NCBI GenBank assembly: GCA_027023425.1
Contig: JALVVL010000012.1
Location: 68,285 to 132,284, forward strand
From: Anaerolineales bacterium
GTDB lineage: Bacteria > Chloroflexota > Anaerolineae > Anaerolineales > DRMV01
Direction: 5' to 3'
Length of the DNA stretch: 64,000 nt
Every line of letters begins with the position of its first letter. Positions within the stretch are counted from its first letter, which is position 1. Of this stretch, positions 59,017 to 64,000 are shown piece after piece. Below the pieces are notes generated by a model. That model was given only the letters and a program-made list of their open reading frames with translations, did not search any database and had not been told where the DNA came from. The translations under genes and the position numbers were made by a program.

Positions 59017-61071
59017 TTACGCCCGCGCTACCGCTCGGCGGGTGCGGCGGACGCGTTTCTTCCGCTTTTCGGGCGCGGCTTCAGGCCACGCGGCAATCAG
59101 TGTGCCTAAAATCAGCACTAAACCGCCCGTCCAAATCCAACTCACAAGCGGCTTGTGGAAGACTTTGAAGGTCGCGCCTTCTTCCGAAATCTTCTGCCAA
59201 TCAACCAAAATCACATAAAAATCGTCTTCCCACGTGCTCCGCACGCCGGGGATGGTCATCGGCTGTTGTGAATCAAAGTAAAAATCGCGGCGCGGGTGCA
59301 GGACTGCCACCTTCTTGCCGTCTTTGTAAACGCTGATGATGGCACGCGCCACATCCCGCCCGTCGTTGGTGCGCCATTCCTGCAAGCCGTCGTAAGTCAT
59401 GGTGTAGCCGTCAAGTGAAATGCTTTGCCCTTTGGCGATTGTGGCTTGGGTTTCGGTGGCGAAGAAGTGCGTGCCGACAATGCCAATTGCCATCAACACA
59501 ATGCCGAGGTGGACAATGTAGCCGCCGTAACGGCGGCGGTCGCGCTCCAGCAACCGCATAAAGGCGACCGGCAGAGATTCGCCGCGGCGCATACGCGCCC
59601 GCACGCCGCGCACAAATTCATCCAAAATCACCGCCGCCACAAACGCGCTCAGCCAAAAGCCCAGCAAAGCGCCCCACTTGTGAATGCCGATGGCATACAC
59701 GCCAACGGCTACCAGCACCGAAATTCCAAAAGGGACTGCCAGAAGCCGCCCAAGCCGTTTGGCGCTGGCATAGCCCCAAGCCGAGAGCGGCGCAATTCCC
59801 ATGAGCAACAGCATCAACGCGAAGAGTGGGCCGGTCGCTTTTTCAAAAAACGGCGGCCCAACCGTGACCTTTTGCCCCGTTACCAACTCGGAAATCACCG
59901 GAAAAATCACGCCCCAAAAGCAAATCACCAAAATTCCCATGAAAATCATGTTGTTGAAGGCAAAAAGGGCTTCGCGCGAAAGCAAAGATTCAATCCGCAA
60001 ATCGCTTTTGAGGTCGTTCCAGCGGTACATCAGCACCGCCAGCGAAATGGTGAAGGTGATGCCGATGAAGGTGAAGAAAAGCGGGCCAATGGCGCTTTGG
60101 GCAAACGCATGAACCGAAGAAAGCACGCCGGAGCGGGTGAGGAAAGTGCCGAAAATCACCAAGGCGTAGGTGGTGATTATCAAAATCATGTTCCAGTGCT
60201 TCAGCAAGCCCTCTTTTTCTTGAATCATCACCGAGTGCAGAAAAGCCGTGCCGCTGAGCCAAGGCATCAACGCCGAGACTTCCACCGGATCCCAGCCCCA
60301 ATAGCCGCCCCAGCCGAGCACGTCGTAAGACCAGCGCATCCCCAAAAGCAAGCCCAGCGAGAGGAAAAGCCAAGCCGCAAGCGCCCAGCGGCGGGTCAGG
60401 GTGATCCAGCGGGCATCGGTGCGCCCAGTCACCAGCGCCGCCATAGCGAAGGCGTAAGGGATGACAAAAGCCACAAAGCCAAGGTAAAGCATCGGCGGAT
60501 GCGCAATCATGCCGGGATGGCGCAAAAGCGGGTTCAGCCCCTGCCCATCCGGCGGCACATAAGGTATTGCCCCGTGCGGGCGGAACATGGCTTTGATAAT
60601 GTGCCCATCCGCCAAAGCCCACAGCCGCGCAAACGGGTTTTCCACAAACACATTCAAGCCCACAAAAAACGCAAGCGTGACCATCGTGACGATGAGCACC
60701 CAAGGGAGGAATTCGCGGTCGCGCTTCCACGGGCGGCCAAGGAGCACAAACGCAAAGCCCGACATCAGCCACGACCAGAAGACCAATGACCCCGCTTGCC
60801 CACCCCAAAGCGCCGTGATTTTGAGGTAAAGCGGCATTTCGCGGCTGGTTACCGACGAAACGTATTCAATTCCGAATTGGTTGGAAAGCAGAAGGGCGAC
60901 TATGCTGACCACCGCGAGGGTCAACATGGGGAAGGTGAGCACCGCGGCGTTGCGGGCGCTCTCAACCCACGCGGCGTTTTTGCGATAAAGCCCGTAAGAA
61001 GCGGCAATTACGGCATAAAGCGTCAACAGGAAAGTGAGCACTAACGCGCCGTAGCCTATGTTGGCAAGCAT
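59017..61071 (-). CDS. ccmF: Cytochrome c haem lyase subunit CcmF
   Basis: I prefer the start MLANIGYGALV at 61071 after AAGGAGG; the track start is 61110. W-rich motif WGGYWGWDPVE. About 15 TM helices. Confidence 0.95.
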   Translation of the reverse strand: MLANIGYGALVLTFLLTLYAVIAASYGLYRKNAAWVESARNAAVLTFPMLTLAVVSIVALLLSNQFGIEYVSSVTSREMPLYLKITALWGGQAGSLVFWSWLMSGFAFVLLGRPWKRDREFLPWVLIVTMVTLAFFVGLNVFVENPFARLWALADGHIIKAMFRPHGAIPYVPPDGQGLNPLLRHPGMIAHPPMLYLGFVAFVIPYAFAMAALVTGRTDARWITLTRRWALAAWLFLSLGLLLGMRWSYDVLGWGGYWGWDPVEVSALMPWLSGTAFLHSVMIQEKEGLLKHWNMILIITTYALVIFGTFLTRSGVLSSVHAFAQSAIGPLFFTFIGITFTISLAVLMYRWNDLKSDLRIESLLSREALFAFNNMIFMGILVICFWGVIFPVISELVTGQKVTVGPPFFEKATGPLFALMLLLMGIAPLSAWGYASAKRLGRLLAVPFGISVLVAVGVYAIGIHKWGALLGFWLSAFVAAVILDEFVRGVRARMRRGESLPVAFMRLLERDRRRYGGYIVHLGIVLMAIGIVGTHFFATETQATIAKGQSISLDGYTMTYDGLQEWRTNDGRDVARAIISVYKDGKKVAVLHPRRDFYFDSQQPMTIPGVRSTWEDDFYVILVDWQKISEEGATFKVFHKPLVSWIWTGGLVLILGTLIAAWPEAAPEKRKKRVRRTRRAVARA

Positions 61072-61113
61072 AAAACCTCCTTGACGCCCGCGGCGTCGTC
61101 CACAATGCAAGGG

Positions 61114-61605
61114 CTACTTTTTGCCGCCTTCAACTTGGTCGGGCACGGCGTCTTCGTAGTGCGAAGGGCATTTGAGCAGGAGTTCATCGGCGTAAAACAC
61201 CCCATCCTCGCCAAGGTGGCCGGTGATGATGGCCTGCGCCTCGTTTTTGAGCATATCGGGGCGCGGTCCGTGGTACACAACCTTCAAATGCTTGCGATTT
61301 GGGTCAATCACTGCCTCGTGCAAAACCTTTTCCAATCCGCCCTCGGCTTCAATTTCTTTATTGCTACCGGGGACGTTGGCAATTGTGAAACTAAGCACAA
61401 GTTTTTGCGGGTCGTATTTGATGGTATCGCCTATCACCGCGCCAGAAATGCGCACATTTTTCCCCACAAGTTCGCTTTTGCGCGCGAGCAACTCGTTCAC
61501 GGTCAAAAAATACTGGGCGCTGGCTTTGGTGGCGGTGAAAATGAGATACACCACCGCTCCGGCAATCAACACCCCGCCGATGATAAAACGAAGCCGACCG
61601 CTCAT
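61114..61605 (-). CDS. ccmE: Haem chaperone CcmE, CxxxY variant
   Basis: TM anchor plus an OB-fold region (VRISGAVIGDTIKYD...). The haem-binding site reads LLKCPSHYEDA, i.e. Cys where canonical CcmE has His (HDENY). Confidence 0.85.
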   Translation of the reverse strand: MSGRLRFIIGGVLIAGAVVYLIFTATKASAQYFLTVNELLARKSELVGKNVRISGAVIGDTIKYDPQKLVLSFTIANVPGSNKEIEAEGGLEKVLHEAVIDPNRKHLKVVYHGPRPDMLKNEAQAIITGHLGEDGVFYADELLLKCPSHYEDAVPDQVEGGKK

Positions 61606-61692
61606 GGTTGTTCCTCCTGAGGGAAAAGGGGACTACTGCTTCCTTGATTTTGGCACAAAGTGCTTAAACTAAGATGAGATAAGCCCCCTGAT

Positions 61693-62631
61693 TCAATCTC
61701 TCAACTTTGCCCCGCAAACGCGGCAAAATCTATCGCCGGGCTGAACGCGCGCGCCGCAGACGGGGCAGTAGTTGACCACGCCTTGCTCGGCATCGGCGGA
61801 GCGCGCTTCTGGTGGGAGCGGTTGTTTGCGCCCGCGGCGGCGAGGGGGGGCAGGCGCGGCCGGAGCGCGCCGCAAATTCCAGTACACCACTGCGCCTCCT
61901 ACAACAAACAGTAGCCCCAAAATTATCGCCAGCCACGGCAAAATGCGCCGGAAGGTCGTTTCCCCTTTTATGGGTTTCGCAAGCGCTTGGGTGGGAGGCG
62001 CGGCTGAGGCAATGCTGAGCGAGTCGGTTTCTTTGTCGTATTCTATCTTCACCGTAAACTTATCTCCCGGCTTCAACGCTCCCATATCGGCATGGTAATA
62101 AATAAATCCATCGTCAGCGGGCGTTCCTTCGCCAATTTTTGGAGAAATGCTCATGTTTTCCGCCCCTTTGGGCTGTTGCACAATGACTTTGAACGAATCC
62201 ACGCTAAACCCGCCGGGCCATTCGTAAACGAATGAGCGGTGTTTGCCGTTTTTGGCAAGGGCGGGGTCGTAATACTCAATATGCACGGCTGGGTGCAAAG
62301 CGTTCAATTCAATGGTTTCCCACTGTTGACTGGCGCTGTAAGTGTATTCGGCGTTGGTGAAGTTGCCGTTTGGGTTTATGTAAGCCACGGCATTAGGGGC
62401 GCCGGCGCGCGCCGGTATTGGTATCCGTAGTTGCGCGGGCAGCGAAGTCCCCTTGGGTAGGTAAATGTTGTACATCACCAACACTGAGGGCTTGTCATAT
62501 TCAGGCCAAATGGATACTTGAACTTCGGTGAAATGCACCACCGTGTTTGCGGCAGACACTCTTACAGAAAGCACTGTCATTACAGCAGTAAGCGCGGCTA
62601 ACACGAAGGCTAAGAAAGCGGCTTTCTTCAT
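61693..62631 (-). CDS. Membrane protein: signal peptide, beta-rich ectodomain, TM helix, Pro/Arg linker and C-terminal zinc ribbon
   Basis: This is the first gene of the ccm cluster. TM segment ILPWLAIILGLLFVVGGAVVYW. The tail is APAPPRRRGRKQPLPPE...YCPVCGARVQPGDRFCRVCGAKL. Confidence 0.5.
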   Translation of the reverse strand: MKKAAFLAFVLAALTAVMTVLSVRVSAANTVVHFTEVQVSIWPEYDKPSVLVMYNIYLPKGTSLPAQLRIPIPARAGAPNAVAYINPNGNFTNAEYTYSASQQWETIELNALHPAVHIEYYDPALAKNGKHRSFVYEWPGGFSVDSFKVIVQQPKGAENMSISPKIGEGTPADDGFIYYHADMGALKPGDKFTVKIEYDKETDSLSIASAAPPTQALAKPIKGETTFRRILPWLAIILGLLFVVGGAVVYWNLRRAPAAPAPPRRRGRKQPLPPEARSADAEQGVVNYCPVCGARVQPGDRFCRVCGAKLRD

Positions 62632-62826
62632 AGGTGCGCTCCGTTATTTGTGTTTTGACCAATACTTGGGAAAGATAAGTTGTCTAATGGGCGTAATGCC
62701 GTCATGCAGATGAGCAATTTATACCACAGAGAGAATGAGATGGACAAAGCGCGGCAATAATCCCTTGCAAATGGTAGCGCCCTCACTTCCCCCGCGGGTG
62801 CTTCGGCAAAGCCTCAGAACCGCGGC

Positions 62827-62893
62827 GGGAGAGGTCGCTTCGGCGGCCTACGACCGCCTCGTGGTGATATAAAAAGGGGGAACTGGGTAAGTT
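62827..62893 (+). repeat. Partial (right-half) copy of element H
   Basis: GGGAGAGGTCGCTTCGGCGGCCTACGACCGCCTCGTGGTGATATAAAAAGGGGGAACTGGGTAAGTT aligns to 8437-8503. Confidence 0.65.
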
Positions 62894-62976
62894 TTATTCA
62901 TTACTTGGCTTTTGTTACCTTTGGAGTTACAATTAGAGCAGTGAATCAGTCAAACTTTATCATTAAGGAGGACAGG

Positions 62977-63381
62977 ATGAGTACTAATCCCGCCGATGAA
63001 TACGACAAGATTTTTGAAGAAGACCGCAGGCGCATTCGCGAGCAACAGGCTGAACGGGCGCGCGCCGAGGCTGAGGAGCGCGCCGAACGCCAGCGCAAGG
63101 CTCAAGAGGCCTTGGAAATGCTGAACGCTCAGGCCAAAAAAGCGGAAGAAAAGGTTGCAAAAGTGGAGGCCGCGCCCAAAGACGCAAAGAAAGCCGAGCG
63201 CCCCTCTTTGCCTACCGTGCATGTGGTACAGCCTGGCGACACCCTCAGCGCTATAGCGCAAAAGTATTATGGCAACGCCGCCCTCTGGACTGAAATTTTC
63301 AAGAAAAACAAGCACATCATAGGCGACGACCCGGGCAAAATTTTCCCCGGCCAAGAACTTCAAATCCCCGCCCTTGACTGA
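62977..63381 (+). CDS. LysM domain protein with charged coiled N-terminal half
   Basis: Start MSTNPADE after AAGGAGG; the track start at 62905 is unlikely. LysM region HVVQPGDTLSAIAQKYYGNAALWTEIFKKNKHIIGDDPGKIFPGQELQIP. Confidence 0.8.
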   Translation: MSTNPADEYDKIFEEDRRRIREQQAERARAEAEERAERQRKAQEALEMLNAQAKKAEEKVAKVEAAPKDAKKAERPSLPTVHVVQPGDTLSAIAQKYYGNAALWTEIFKKNKHIIGDDPGKIFPGQELQIPALD

Positions 63382-63384
63382 GAA

Positions 63385-63522
63385 TCTATCCCCAAAAATA
63401 TCGTGGCGGTGTCATTGCGAGCCTCATGGGGGCGAAGCAATCCCCCTTTTACTGGTCGGGAGACTGCTTCGGCGGCTCCGCCGCCTCGCAGTGACACACC
63501 TACAGAGAATTTTTGGATAGAC
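63385..63522. repeat. Palindromic MITE/REP-like element J, copy 2
   Basis: Termini are TCTATCCCCAAAAAT ... ATTTTTGGATAGA. It has the same core as 31638-31772 (GTCATTGCGAGCC..CGAAGCAATCC..GGAGACTGCTTCGGCGGC..CTCGCAGTGACA). Confidence 0.8.
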
Positions 63523-63551
63523 TTTAAGCCGAGCAAAGCAGGTGGAGTGAA

Positions 63552-64000
63552 ATGAGCAACCAGTTAGACATCAGCCAACTTTTCGAACTTGTGACCCAAA
63601 CTTTGGGGCAAAAGCGTGAGGAATTGAACGCAGCGGACAAGTACAATCACGACCACGGCGACCACGTTCTTGAGGTGTTTGAACTCATCACCCAAGTAGC
63701 GAAAGAAAATCCTCACCTTGAGGCCGCCGAAATTTTGGAGCGCGCCAGCGAATTGCTACGCCAAAAGCAGACTGGCACCGCTCAAGCCTATGCCCAAACA
63801 ATGGCAGAAGGCGCAAAAAATCTGCGCGGCAAACCTCTCACCCAACAGACAATCCCTTTGCTTATGCAGGCTTTGCTGGGCTCGGCTCAGGGTGCAGCGC
63901 CTGCACAACAAGCGCCCGCCCAAAGCCAGCCCGCTGGCGGTTTGGGAGGATTGCTTGGGGCATTGATGGGCGGCGGGCAATCTTCTGCCCAGCCCGCTTC
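63552..64000 (+). CDS. Hypothetical protein (5' part; runs off the right edge), His/Asp-rich N-region and Gly/Gln/Ala-rich tail
   Basis: Not in the track because there is no stop in the window. The ATG at 63552 follows GGTGGAG. My translation is MSNQLDISQLFELVTQTLGQKREELNAADKYNHDHGDHVLEVFELITQ...GGLGGLLGALMGGGQSSAQPA with no in-frame stop. Confidence 0.4.
   Translation, partial: MSNQLDISQLFELVTQTLGQKREELNAADKYNHDHGDHVLEVFELITQVAKENPHLEAAEILERASELLRQKQTGTAQAYAQTMAEGAKNLRGKPLTQQTIPLLMQALLGSAQGAAPAQQAPAQSQPAGGLGGLLGALMGGGQSSAQPA

Overview
This window is 64 kb of GC-rich bacterial chromosome, roughly 58-60% GC by eye. The gene content and repeat style suggest a Chloroflexota-like monoderm, but that is inference only. 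The relevant content is a complete dcw cluster, System I cytochrome c maturation, lipobox-anchored multihaem cytochromes and GAF/PAS kinases.

Gene order, left to right:
- A GldA/F/G-like ABC exporter (1-2293, minus strand).
- A degenerate tyrosine-recombinase-like gene (2651-3571).
- A crotonase, hsp20, tilS, a DUF47/PhoU-like gene and a Gfo/Idh/MocA oxidoreductase.
- An ECF sigma factor with an anti-sigma-like partner.
- An NrfH-type tetrahaem plus HAO-like octahaem cytochrome pair (11633-13540, minus strand).
- tRNA-Pro(GGG).
- An uninterrupted 17-kb dcw operon (14464-31570): mraZ-rsmH-ftsL-ftsI-murF-mraY-murD-ftsW-murG-(cvpA-like)-murC-murB-ddl-ftsQ-ftsA-ftsZ. murE is absent.
- A secreted 5'-nucleotidase, a class III aminotransferase and radA.
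- A REC-GAF regulator, hybrid kinase and sirtuin unit.
- An L,D-transpeptidase, comEC, tRNA-Lys(UUU), rlmI and a BMP lipoprotein.
- A 1096-aa sensor kinase.
- A ccm cluster on the minus strand (52151-62631). Its CcmE is the CxxxY type, and it carries unusual accessory membrane proteins.
- A LysM protein and a partial ORF at the right edge.

The main unexplained signal is a modular, interspersed repeat system at nine intergenic loci, L1-L9. It totals about 3.4 kb, or about 5% of the window. I name its modules as follows:
- A = AACCACAGATTACACAGATTAGCACAGATTTTT
- B = CTGTGTTCTCTGTAAATTTCTGTGTCCTCTGTGGTT
- F = CTGCGGAATCTGCGAAATCTGCGGTTTC
- C = CAATCGGTGTAAATCTGTGTCAATCGGTGGAT
- D = (NNGCCAAGG)n, period 9
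- E = (CGCAGAGGA/AACAGAGG)n, period 8-9
- G = (AACGACYY)n, period 8
- I = GAGAAGATTAGCGATTTAGGATTTGCGGA

Modules A, F and C are all phased copies (9-10 bp) of a single 8-mer, AATCKGYG, in one or the other orientation.

At least four other small palindromic or MITE-like families are also present, and some are nested inside one another. No CRISPR array, rRNA, prophage or recognisable defence system was seen. All homology statements come from reading motifs by eye; no searches were run.
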